From: Pseudomonas phage sp. 30-2
DNA: 64,000 nt
Sequence record: LC727697.1
Strand: one strand, 5' to 3'
Every line of letters starts with the position of its first letter. The stretch's first letter is position 1. This document shows positions 7,520-16,444 of the stretch, piece after piece. The position numbers and the translations under genes were made by a program. The notes under the pieces were generated by a model. The model was given only the letters and a program-made list of their open reading frames with translations. It did no database searches and was not told the origin of the DNA.

Positions 7520-10204
7520 TTATAGAATTGTATATTGGAGTAATACAGTAACAGTACCTGTACTTGCGCCATGTGCAGCTATAGTTAGAGTAATATCTTG
7601 TCCGGCGACCGAATTAGAGAACACGTCCACTTGATATAATCCAGCTACCTCCGGATCATTAGTTGTGTCTGATGCTAGTGTAACTGAGTTATGAGTTACA
7701 GTAGCCCAGGCAGCAGTATCAGCAGCAGTATTTACTTTAAATATTATACTATTGATAATAATGCCGTTTGCAGGTAGATCGGTGCCTTCTATTATAGGAG
7801 TCGAACTATCAGTATCAAATGGAATATTTTCTAATTTTACAGTACGAACTGAACCTGCAGCAGAACCCAGTTGTGCAATAGCATCGGTATTAATTTTAAT
7901 CTGTGCATCTAATAACTTGTCTGCATTAGCTAAACTTGTAGCAGTAGTTATATAGTTAGTAGTTGCATCGGCAGTATAAGTACCATCTGTATTGAGCCCG
8001 GCGCCTGTTTCTATAGCATCTACTTCTGTTTGGTTGGCTTTTAGTGCTATATCGTCTTCGTTGGACTTTATTTGTGTATCTAGCAAAATAGTTGCTTGTT
8101 TTATACTAGTTGCAGAATTTAAATAATTTGTTCCAGTATAAGGTGCTAGTGTGCCATCTGTTCCTAAGCCAACAGCAGTCTCTATGGCATCTACTTCGGT
8201 TTGATCTGCTTTATCTAATATATCGTCTGCATTAGTTTTTACTTGTGCGTCAAGTAAAGTAGTAGCCTGTCTTATACTAGTTGCAGAGTCTAAATAGTTT
8301 GTTCCGGTATATGCAGAAAGAGTTCCGTCAGTGTTTAATCCCACAGATGTCTCTATGGCATTTACTTCTGTTTGTAGTGCTGTTATGTTGCTAGAAGCAC
8401 TCGAAACAGCAGTATCTACATATAGTTTGTTAACTAACGATGCGTCAGTTAAACCAGAAGAATATGCAGATGCAGTTACGCCGGTAACAACAATTTTTCC
8501 TGTGCCTTTTACTCCTAAGTTTAGGCCTAAGTTTGTATCTGAACCTAATGCAGTAATAGACGGGTTTGAACTCGCAGCAGCACCGGCAATAGCTATATTA
8601 TTTGCTAATGTAGAATAGAATATAGTATTAGTTTCTGTTGCAGTAATATAGTCTACTGTGTTTGCAGTGTTTCCTATAATAACACCGTCACCGCGTAGAC
8701 TTAGTTGTTCACCTAGTTCTGCACTTATTTCTGCATTACCATTGCCTTGTATTACTACTTCGCCTGTACCGTTTGGCGCAATAATTATGTTTCCGTTTGT
8801 TTCTGTTGTAGAAATTGTACTAGTAGCACTATCTACAGTCAGTGATCCTACATTCAGTATACCTGCAGAAAAAGTAAGAGCAGAGTTATCTTCTAAATGA
8901 CCGGAAGTTCCTGCCAGTACTATTCTTCCGCTAGTTAAGTTACTTGCAGTTAAATTAGACGAAGTAAGACCTGCAGAAGTAATAGTAGCAACAGCAGTAT
9001 TATCAGCAGTAAAGGTAATTGTACCGTTAGATCCTGTGTCTGTTACTACAACAGAACTGTCTAATTGAGAAATACTATTAGAAGAAAAACCAGATGTAAA
9101 TTCGGCAGCTAATTGGCTTATAGAAACCTTTTTGTTACTAGTTCCATCGTATATTGGGAGGACATCAGTATCGTTTAGTGCAGAGGAAACGGCAGTCAAT
9201 CCATTTACATCTAACCCTACTGTTATATTTCCTGCAGAACCGTCTGTATTAGATACAGCAATACCTAATTTATTGCCAGTAGTATCTGCAACTATAGTTC
9301 TACTTACATAGCTAGAACCAGATTTTACTATAACACCGTCGGTTTGTCCTAACGCAGTAACAACTCCTAAATCAGTAAATAATTTATTTACTGTTAATTT
9401 ATTATTAGTTGTACCGTTAGATACTGCTAGAGATAATGTATCAGCAGCAGTGCCTGTAAAATCCGATAAAGTAGGAATACTTAACGAAAATTCATTATCC
9501 GACAACGCTAGGCCAGCGCCAGCAGTATATGTTGCGCCTGCAGAAGTGTATTTTACCCAGAATTGCGGATCAACGTTCATCTGGTTAGGAGGAGTAACTT
9601 CTGAACCACCGTATTGTGCAGTTAAAGTATAACCGTCGCCTGCAGAAGTACCGTTTTCTACAAGAACATATGAGCCAAATATAAACTCATTATCTTCGTC
9701 CGAATCTGGTGCCCTGTCTAATGTAACTGTATTGTTTTCCGTGTCTACGTTAGTAACAATATAAATACCGTTTCTAGCTGCGCCAGCATCGTTGACAGTA
9801 GGTGTGTCACCTGTTATAGTTATACCTTCTAGTCTAACTAAAACACGACTTCCCATTTCCAGTACATGTCCGTCTACTGTTCTGGGGAAATCACTAAATA
9901 CACCGGCAGCCCAAGTTGCACCTGTTCCCGGATTAGTATTATTACCGTCTACAGTATATGACTGTTGTGTAGAAACTGAAACACTTTGGAGTGGTTTTAT
10001 TCCGCCGCTTATAGAATCTACATATGCTTTAGTTGCTAAATGTTCTGGTTGTAGGGGTGTTCCGCCTATAACGGGTGCATAGTTAGTACCGCCCAGGTCG
10101 CTAGTGAATGCAAATACACCGCTTGTAAAAGAGAGGCGGCCGCCTTTTTTGCCTAGCTGGACATCGCGTCCGATGCCACTTATGCTAAAATTTTTAATAG
10201 CCAT
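7520..10204 (-). CDS. Tail-fiber-like structural protein with three 43-aa tandem repeats.
   Basis: 894 aa, Ser/Thr/Gly/Asn-rich. N-terminal motif QLGKKGGRLSF...ATKAYVDS is shared with the next gene. Internal tandem repeats TEVDAIETxxGLxTDGTLxxYTGTNYLxSATSIxQATxLLDxQxK. The ATG at 10204 was verified. Confidence 0.6.
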   Translation of the reverse strand: MAIKNFSISGIGRDVQLGKKGGRLSFTSGVFAFTSDLGGTNYAPVIGGTPLQPEHLATKAYVDSISGGIKPLQSVSVSTQQSYTVDGNNTNPGTGATWAAGVFSDFPRTVDGHVLEMGSRVLVRLEGITITGDTPTVNDAGAARNGIYIVTNVDTENNTVTLDRAPDSDEDNEFIFGSYVLVENGTSAGDGYTLTAQYGGSEVTPPNQMNVDPQFWVKYTSAGATYTAGAGLALSDNEFSLSIPTLSDFTGTAADTLSLAVSNGTTNNKLTVNKLFTDLGVVTALGQTDGVIVKSGSSYVSRTIVADTTGNKLGIAVSNTDGSAGNITVGLDVNGLTAVSSALNDTDVLPIYDGTSNKKVSISQLAAEFTSGFSSNSISQLDSSVVVTDTGSNGTITFTADNTAVATITSAGLTSSNLTASNLTSGRIVLAGTSGHLEDNSALTFSAGILNVGSLTVDSATSTISTTETNGNIIIAPNGTGEVVIQGNGNAEISAELGEQLSLRGDGVIIGNTANTVDYITATETNTIFYSTLANNIAIAGAAASSNPSITALGSDTNLGLNLGVKGTGKIVVTGVTASAYSSGLTDASLVNKLYVDTAVSSASSNITALQTEVNAIETSVGLNTDGTLSAYTGTNYLDSATSIRQATTLLDAQVKTNADDILDKADQTEVDAIETAVGLGTDGTLAPYTGTNYLNSATSIKQATILLDTQIKSNEDDIALKANQTEVDAIETGAGLNTDGTYTADATTNYITTATSLANADKLLDAQIKINTDAIAQLGSAAGSVRTVKLENIPFDTDSSTPIIEGTDLPANGIIINSIIFKVNTAADTAAWATVTHNSVTLASDTTNDPEVAGLYQVDVFSNSVAGQDITLTIAAHGASTGTVTVLLQYTIL
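7870..8390 (-). repeat. Three tandem in-frame ~129-bp (43-aa) coding repeats inside the 894-aa fiber gene.
   Basis: The protein repeats QTEVNAIETSVGLNTDGTLSAYTGTNYLDSATSIRQATTLLDAQVKTNADDILDKAD / QTEVDAIETAVGLGTDGTLAPYTGTNYLNSATSIKQATILLDTQIKSNEDDIALKAN / QTEVDAIETGAGLNTDGTYTADATTNYITTATSLANADKLLDAQIKINTDAI. The DNA copies are recognisably similar. Confidence 0.6.
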
Positions 10205-10228
10205 TGTTATTAGTCCTTCGATATATTA

Positions 10229-10248
10229 TACCGATATTTATCGGTATT
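10229..10248 (-). promoter_or_regulatory. Perfect 8-bp-arm palindrome overlapping a GATAAATA (T4 late-promoter-like NATAAATA) motif, just upstream of the 894-aa fiber gene start.
   Basis: ataccgat-attt-atcggtat. The minus strand reads CCGATAAATATCGGTATAATATATCG about 25 nt upstream of the ATG at 10204. Confidence 0.3.
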
Positions 10249-10270
10249 TTTGTATTTTTACTTGCTAAGA

Positions 10271-10906
10271 TTATAATCTAGTCATAACTAACTGGGAACC
10301 TGCGTATGCAGAACACGACGTGCCAGATGACGACGAAGCAAGAGATATAGTTAGTGTGTCTGGAGACCCACTAGAATTTTCTATAAAACCTTGAACCCAA
10401 ACATTATACAAATTATTTGCAATAGCAACTGTAGTTACTGTAATAGTTGCACTTGCTCCTAAAACAAAACCGTTTACAAGTGTCGATGCTGTTCCTGTTT
10501 TTGCATTTTCTACACTAGAAAAAGATCTGGTCAATGATCCATTTGTCATTAATTGATATTTTATACCAGCAGCAGTATTATCGGAAGAATATAACAATAA
10601 TAACGTGTATGAATATGTTGTATTTGCTTCTAGTGGGATACTAGTAAAATCTGTTATTGCGCTTAATGTAGAACCGGAAACTGTTTTGTCAGCTTGCATT
10701 GTGTACTTTGTAGTTCTTCCATCTACATAACTTTTAGGAACGGCATGTGTGGATGCAGTTGCCGTTCCTACGGCGATCGGACATAATACATTGCTATCCG
10801 TTTCTACTTTAAAACTAGATGTTTCAGGCGTATATGTTATTTTTCCACCTTTTTTTCCAAACTGTAAAACATTAGATACAGCACTAAGAAGAAAACTTTT
10901 TATCAT
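10271..10906 (-). CDS. Fiber-associated structural protein sharing the N-terminal KKGG motif with the upstream fiber gene.
   Basis: The track start at 10915 is a TTG; the ATG at 10906 (MIKSFLL) is more likely. N-terminal LQFGKKGGKITYT...VPKSYVDG parallels QLGKKGGRLSF...ATKAYVDS of the 894-aa protein. Confidence 0.5.
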   Translation of the reverse strand: MIKSFLLSAVSNVLQFGKKGGKITYTPETSSFKVETDSNVLCPIAVGTATASTHAVPKSYVDGRTTKYTMQADKTVSGSTLSAITDFTSIPLEANTTYSYTLLLLYSSDNTAAGIKYQLMTNGSLTRSFSSVENAKTGTASTLVNGFVLGASATITVTTVAIANNLYNVWVQGFIENSSGSPDTLTISLASSSSGTSCSAYAGSQLVMTRL

Positions 10907-10943
10907 TTTATACAATCCGTGTTAATAAAGATATTTACCTGTC

Positions 10944-12917
10944 TTATGTGTATGATACAATTATCTTTACTCGTCCGGTAGTAGAACCGTTACTATCCAA
11001 ATAAGCTACAATTTCTGTATCGGTTCCAGAATCGAAATATACATTAGGTGTTATAAAATAAGTGTCTTCTACAGTTAAATCTATAAAATCAGAACTCATT
11101 AATATGTCTGTGTTATTAATATCTGTTCCTATGGACAATGTTGCATTTTCGTTACTGAATATTTCTTCTACAGTAATAGATATTTGCGTAACTTTAGAAT
11201 TATTACTCATTTTTCCTATAGTAACAGCTTCTGAGGAATTATACTGTATTTCTAGTTCTATAGAACTTGCATCTGTTTTTGCAGAATCTTCATCGGCTGT
11301 TTTTATCCAACTATTTCCGTTCCATAAATATAGTGCCCATTCACCTGCCTTGGATCCGTTTGGTAACATTCCGTCAATTACATATGCTTGATCGCCCGTT
11401 AACGGGGTTAATGCATCTCTTGCAGATATATTTGCTACTACATACGTGTCTGCCGTTCTTATGCCGTTAGCAACTGACATAACATATGCAGGCATTCCAT
11501 TTTCGTTAGATAGTAAACCGAGTTCGTCTATTGGATTTCCTAATATATTTTTAAATATAATTCCGGTGCCCGTTAAACTAACAAATTTCATAAAACTGTT
11601 AGTTGCAGCAGGTGTGTATAACGGCAAACCGGTTGCAGAATTCGGACCTGCTATAGGAGAACCAAAACTTTCATTACTTATATTTTCTATAACTATCTCT
11701 GTTCCTAACGTATTAGTTAATGTAACTTGCCCGTTCTCTGCTATTGCCACTATGCCAGGTATGTTTGCATTATTAATAGCTATAGCAACATCATTTGCTT
11801 CACCCCATTGACCTGGGCTAGCAGTGTCGCTATTGAATATTATTTCAACATTGTTTATTTTTGCTGAACCCGGCGGAGTTATACCAACGAATATACCACC
11901 GAATGCCATATCAGCTGTATTTGACACACAACTAGCAGGTGCCAACTGCAAAGAGCTTTCTATTCCTGTATCAATAGTAAATGTATTAATTCTATCTACG
12001 AGATCTTGAATATTAGTAGAAGGTATAACTATGTTAGAATTATTTAGAGAAAATGTGTTTCCTACAACAATTGTCATATTATCTGTGCTTTTTGTTGTAA
12101 TAGATGTTCCTTGTATTGCATTTGTTATTTTTACATATGCAGGAACACCCGTATTTTCGGTAGTTAACTTTCCGGGATCTGTATCAGAAATATATAAAGT
12201 GTCACCGATTTGGCCTAATACAGATGCTTGATAGTTTTTACTAAAAACATTTACAGGAGAAACTATGAAATCATTTGGTCCCGGTCCCGAACTGTATACT
12301 GTCCCTAAAATTTTATGAGTAATGTTATTGTCTGATAAGATGTATCCCGCAGCGGGATCTAAAGATAATATATCGCCTTTTATAAATCCGTTATTTTCTT
12401 TATATAATTGTAATATTTCATTTTTCTTTTCTTTTCTAAATCTACTATCTAACGATGAAACAAAACCATATTTGTTTATAGAAGCCGGTAATGGATCTAA
12501 TAATGGCATTCCATCTACACTAAGAGTGAATAATATATTATTACCTAATTGGGGACTTATTAATCCATCTTGTGAAATTGCAGAAAATGTATTATACCTA
12601 AATGTATCTCTAATTACTGCAACTAATGATGTTTCTGTTTTTTCAGTTATAGAAATAATTTCAAAAGCTTGCGGTATATCAGTGTTAGATATCCAATCCC
12701 CTACATTTAAATCTAAACCGTTATATGTATATGGTTCTCTTGTGTTTTCGTAACTATGAAACTGCGGAATAACGGTTGCAGATATAATCCATGTATAAAA
12801 TCTGGGAGAACTTCCGTTTTCCCAGAATTCGTCACCTTGATTGTACGGCCAATAGTCTTTACCAACTGCTGATTGTATATTCAGTTGAATTACTTTATTA
12901 GGTATAGATAAAATCAT
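10944..12917 (-). CDS. Large structural protein (baseplate/fiber-associated), function unknown.
   Basis: 657-aa ORF within a contiguous block of late-type structural genes. Thr/Ser/Asn-rich, with abutting neighbours. Confidence 0.5.
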   Translation of the reverse strand: MILSIPNKVIQLNIQSAVGKDYWPYNQGDEFWENGSSPRFYTWIISATVIPQFHSYENTREPYTYNGLDLNVGDWISNTDIPQAFEIISITEKTETSLVAVIRDTFRYNTFSAISQDGLISPQLGNNILFTLSVDGMPLLDPLPASINKYGFVSSLDSRFRKEKKNEILQLYKENNGFIKGDILSLDPAAGYILSDNNITHKILGTVYSSGPGPNDFIVSPVNVFSKNYQASVLGQIGDTLYISDTDPGKLTTENTGVPAYVKITNAIQGTSITTKSTDNMTIVVGNTFSLNNSNIVIPSTNIQDLVDRINTFTIDTGIESSLQLAPASCVSNTADMAFGGIFVGITPPGSAKINNVEIIFNSDTASPGQWGEANDVAIAINNANIPGIVAIAENGQVTLTNTLGTEIVIENISNESFGSPIAGPNSATGLPLYTPAATNSFMKFVSLTGTGIIFKNILGNPIDELGLLSNENGMPAYVMSVANGIRTADTYVVANISARDALTPLTGDQAYVIDGMLPNGSKAGEWALYLWNGNSWIKTADEDSAKTDASSIELEIQYNSSEAVTIGKMSNNSKVTQISITVEEIFSNENATLSIGTDINNTDILMSSDFIDLTVEDTYFITPNVYFDSGTDTEIVAYLDSNGSTTGRVKIIVSYT

Positions 12918-12920
12918 ATA

Positions 12921-15900
12921 TTACCACCCAAATATCACATATGCATGCGTAGGCTGAAGAGGACCATAACTTTGGGCTCCAGTAGTTGATACCCTGCACT
13001 GGAATCCTGATAATTTTCCAGTTCCTGTCCCAAATGGATTTTCAGTAGTTGTAAGCTCTAACGTATGCGGATGACTAGTAGTATCTTGCATTTTTAATAC
13101 ATATCTGCCTTGTGTTACTAAGTAACCATACCACATCCACCCAGCAGGCGGGTATGGTCTATTTGCAAATACTAAATCTAAAGTAAGATTATTATTTGCA
13201 ACATTATCTACTATAGTGTATGATATGTTAGGCGAACACTCAATTGTACCTATTAAATTACCAGGGGTATAATTGATTTTTAACCATTCGCCGGGGAAGC
13301 CGCCCGGAGACGGACTAGTACCGCTTTGATCTCCAGGAATCCACTTTCCTAGTGCTGCACTATATATGAGTACTTGACCGTCAGTAGGTGCAGTAGATGT
13401 ATCTACATCATTTAAATCACTTATATTTTCTGGAATAGAAGGTAAATTAGTTAAGTCGTTGTAGTCTCCAGTTGTAGCAACAGTAGATAATCCTGTTATA
13501 CTACTAGCAGAAATAGACTGAACATATTCTACTGAATTCCCGGTTGAGTTCCATTTTAAGAATGCGTTCGGAATAGCAGAATTATCCGTGTCGTTCAACC
13601 CAACCAAGCTAAAGCTATTATTTACGGGTATACTAGGTGTATTTAAAATATCATCATAATCGATTTGTGTATTAATCCACAAATTTTGTGTATTGTCATA
13701 CGATAATACTTGATTGTTAGTAGGAGTAGTTAAGTTAACGTCAGTTAATGATGCTAGTGTGCTCGAACCGCTTCCAGCATTGCCTGCCAACCAATACGTA
13801 CCGTTGTATACTAAAGCCTGACCTGTTACAGGAGGTGTAACTAAATTCACATCGGTTAAGTCGTCTAACATAACTGGTATGTTAGGTGTATTAGTTAAAT
13901 CGCTATAATCACCGGTAGTAGCAACAGTAGCCAAACCAGAAATAGATTCTGAAGGTATTGATTGTACATAAGATATAGATGTTCCTTGTGCATTCCATTT
14001 TAAAAATCCATTTGGTAGGGAAGGAGTATCAGTATCTGATAATCCAATAAATGTTCCTATATTAGAAGGTTTATCTAATAAGTCATTATAACTACCAGAA
14101 GTAGCAACTACAGATAAAGTGGGTAGACCTTGGAGTTGACTATATGATAACTTAGAAGAAGACCATGATGACCCGTTAGCTACTAACACATTCCCCGAAG
14201 TAGGAGTGGCACTAGATACATCAGTTAAATCTTCAAGCGACTGGTTACCTGTTCCAGACCCGTCTTGACCCTTGAGTGCAATAATACCCCAAATAGAAGA
14301 ATCGGTAGGCAAAATACCAGTAACAGGACCGTTGCCAGGACTAACAATGTATGAAGATCCTCCATAACTAACAACGTCTTGGTCTTGATAAGTTTCCGAA
14401 TTATTATATTCATTTTTGTAAGTAAAACCACTGCCTGTTCCTCCAGAGCCAGCTAACGCTAATATACCCCATTTAGATTGGTCAGTAGGGGTGATTCCTG
14501 TAATAGGTCCTTGCCCGTCTAACACTACATAAGATGAACCGTTATAATAAACTACATCTTTATCTACATATTCGGTATTAGAATCATAAGTTCCCTTATA
14601 AGTAAAGAATGATCCGTCTTCACCTTTTAGTGCTAGTATATTCCAATTTAAGTTTGTACTGCTAGGCGGAATAGAAATATCGCCGCCAGCTACTTCAGCA
14701 ACACATATATAACTAGAACCAGCATAACTTACTGCGTCGTTTATATTATAACTAGTTTCTTCCCATTCGCCGCGCCAGGTTATGAGTATAGTAGTTCCAC
14801 CGGACGATACTGTTATAAATGAGAGATTTCCATTTCCGTCTGTAGCTAAAACTTGACCGCTCGTTCCGTCAGTTGTAGGCCAAGATAGTTCATTTAAATA
14901 TAAATTGCTACCTGTTAATTTTAAACTAGTTTCCGATATTATTTCCGGAGATTGACCTTCGACGACAATCTTACCGCTGCCACCGAGAATGACATTTACA
15001 TTTCCGGATCCAGGTCCGGTTTTTAAAACTAGCTCGTCTACTAATTCTTCAGTATTAATATACGTATTACCGTCTGTACTAAAAATAGCAGTAGGATCAC
15101 TTGTTCCGCCGCCAGTCGATGGCGTAGTAGGAACCCATGTGCTAGAAGAGGAATTATATGTTAGAACCTGGCCATTAGATACACCACTGACATTCACATC
15201 TACTAAATTGGATAATAAGCCAGTTGTTGCAACATTGGCTAATCCTGTTATAGCAGACGAAGGTATTGAAGTAACATATTCTATTTCTGTACTTAAATTG
15301 TTCCATTTTAAAAACCCATTTGCTTCCGGTATATCGTTAGTATCGGATAAACCTAAGAATGTAAATGAATCGTTTTGCGGTATAGTAGGAGTATTTGACA
15401 AATCGTTGTAATTTATTACAGAACCGATCCATTGTCCTGTTCTAAAAACTAGTACACTTCCTTCTTGAGTAGAAGCACTGACAGAAACATCTGACAAATC
15501 ACCTAAATGTGTAGGAATAACGGGTGTGTTTATTAAATTATTAAAATCTACAGATCCGTTATACCAGGTTGATCCATTAAATAGCAGTGTTTGGTTTATT
15601 GAGGGTGTTGTAATAGCAACATTAGATAAATCGTCTAACGAAATAGAACTACTGGCAGGCATACCCACCCATTTTGTTCCGTTAAATTGTAGTACATATC
15701 CGGCTATAGTACCGGCAGTGTCTACATCATCTAATCCACTTAATGTGTTTGATATAGACGGAAGATTAGATAAATCATTGTAGCTAAGTTTTCTGTTTAC
15801 CCAGCCTGTGTTGTCAAAAACAAGGGTTTGACCGTTAGTTGGACTAGCTACAGAAACGTCTACTAAGTCGTCTAGTCTTTTAACTTCGGCTCCCCCGCCT

Positions 15901-15941
15901 TCTGATCCACTTGATCCAAAAAAATCATTTAAATTAGACAT
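12921..15941 (-). CDS. Long tail-fiber-like protein (1006 aa) with internal repeats.
   Basis: N-terminus MSNLNDFFGSSGS is shared with the 128-aa gene upstream. Repeated xDLSN(L/T)PSIPxN and three YxGSSY(I/V)V...GPxTGIxPTDxSxWGIxAL(A/K)G repeats. Confidence 0.6.
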   Translation of the reverse strand: MSNLNDFFGSSGSEGGGAEVKRLDDLVDVSVASPTNGQTLVFDNTGWVNRKLSYNDLSNLPSISNTLSGLDDVDTAGTIAGYVLQFNGTKWVGMPASSSISLDDLSNVAITTPSINQTLLFNGSTWYNGSVDFNNLINTPVIPTHLGDLSDVSVSASTQEGSVLVFRTGQWIGSVINYNDLSNTPTIPQNDSFTFLGLSDTNDIPEANGFLKWNNLSTEIEYVTSIPSSAITGLANVATTGLLSNLVDVNVSGVSNGQVLTYNSSSSTWVPTTPSTGGGTSDPTAIFSTDGNTYINTEELVDELVLKTGPGSGNVNVILGGSGKIVVEGQSPEIISETSLKLTGSNLYLNELSWPTTDGTSGQVLATDGNGNLSFITVSSGGTTILITWRGEWEETSYNINDAVSYAGSSYICVAEVAGGDISIPPSSTNLNWNILALKGEDGSFFTYKGTYDSNTEYVDKDVVYYNGSSYVVLDGQGPITGITPTDQSKWGILALAGSGGTGSGFTYKNEYNNSETYQDQDVVSYGGSSYIVSPGNGPVTGILPTDSSIWGIIALKGQDGSGTGNQSLEDLTDVSSATPTSGNVLVANGSSWSSSKLSYSQLQGLPTLSVVATSGSYNDLLDKPSNIGTFIGLSDTDTPSLPNGFLKWNAQGTSISYVQSIPSESISGLATVATTGDYSDLTNTPNIPVMLDDLTDVNLVTPPVTGQALVYNGTYWLAGNAGSGSSTLASLTDVNLTTPTNNQVLSYDNTQNLWINTQIDYDDILNTPSIPVNNSFSLVGLNDTDNSAIPNAFLKWNSTGNSVEYVQSISASSITGLSTVATTGDYNDLTNLPSIPENISDLNDVDTSTAPTDGQVLIYSAALGKWIPGDQSGTSPSPGGFPGEWLKINYTPGNLIGTIECSPNISYTIVDNVANNNLTLDLVFANRPYPPAGWMWYGYLVTQGRYVLKMQDTTSHPHTLELTTTENPFGTGTGKLSGFQCRVSTTGAQSYGPLQPTHAYVIFGW

Positions 15942-16020
15942 ATGTTTCCTTTTACACTTAGCTAAAATCTATTATATTGTTATCACAATATTTACCAGAT
16001 TTTAGTAGTATTTTAACATA

Positions 16021-16054
16021 GGTAAAATATAATAAAAGGGCTTAAAAGCCCTTT
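16021..16054 (-). terminator. Palindromic hairpin terminator downstream of 16057..16443.
   Basis: aaagggctt-aaa-agcccttt with a U-run (tattatatttt) on the minus strand. Confidence 0.55.
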
Positions 16055-16056
16055 TA

Positions 16057-16443
16057 TTAACTAAGAGATATTGGTGCAAAATATGTGTTTGAACTAAACA
16101 TCATATCTGTTGCAGATGTATTATGTACTGTAAGGGTTGCTGTACCTGAACCTAATAAAAATGCAGGTTGATTTGTATTAAAATTACCAGTTATTGTTTC
16201 GAAATCTATTACTATATTAGATCCTATTTTTATATAAAGTTCGTATGTGTCTGTTTGGTTACCTATTATTGTAGAAACAGCGAGGAATAACACAGCACCT
16301 GATGATACTCCTAAAATAAAGTCTCTAGTTTCGCCAGATGTAATAGTAGTTGCAGAAGTATTAATTCTTTTTGCAGGAATAGCACTGGGATAACTTCCAG
16401 TGCTATTAGATGTTCCGCCGAAATAATCATTTAAATTAGACAT
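16057..16443 (-). CDS. Small fiber-associated protein, paralogous at its N-terminus to the 1006-aa fiber.
   Basis: The N-terminus MSNLNDYFGGTSNS matches MSNLNDFFGSSGS of 12921..15941. 128 aa. A terminator hairpin lies immediately downstream. Confidence 0.5.
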   Translation of the reverse strand: MSNLNDYFGGTSNSTGSYPSAIPAKRINTSATTITSGETRDFILGVSSGAVLFLAVSTIIGNQTDTYELYIKIGSNIVIDFETITGNFNTNQPAFLLGSGTATLTVHNTSATDMMFSSNTYFAPISLS

Positions 16444-16444
16444 A

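Noticed and set aside
14225-14431. 68-aa minus-strand ORF embedded in another frame of the 1006-aa fiber gene.
   Set aside because: It is fully nested in a well-supported long ORF, has hydrophobic low-complexity sequence, and has no independent start signals.
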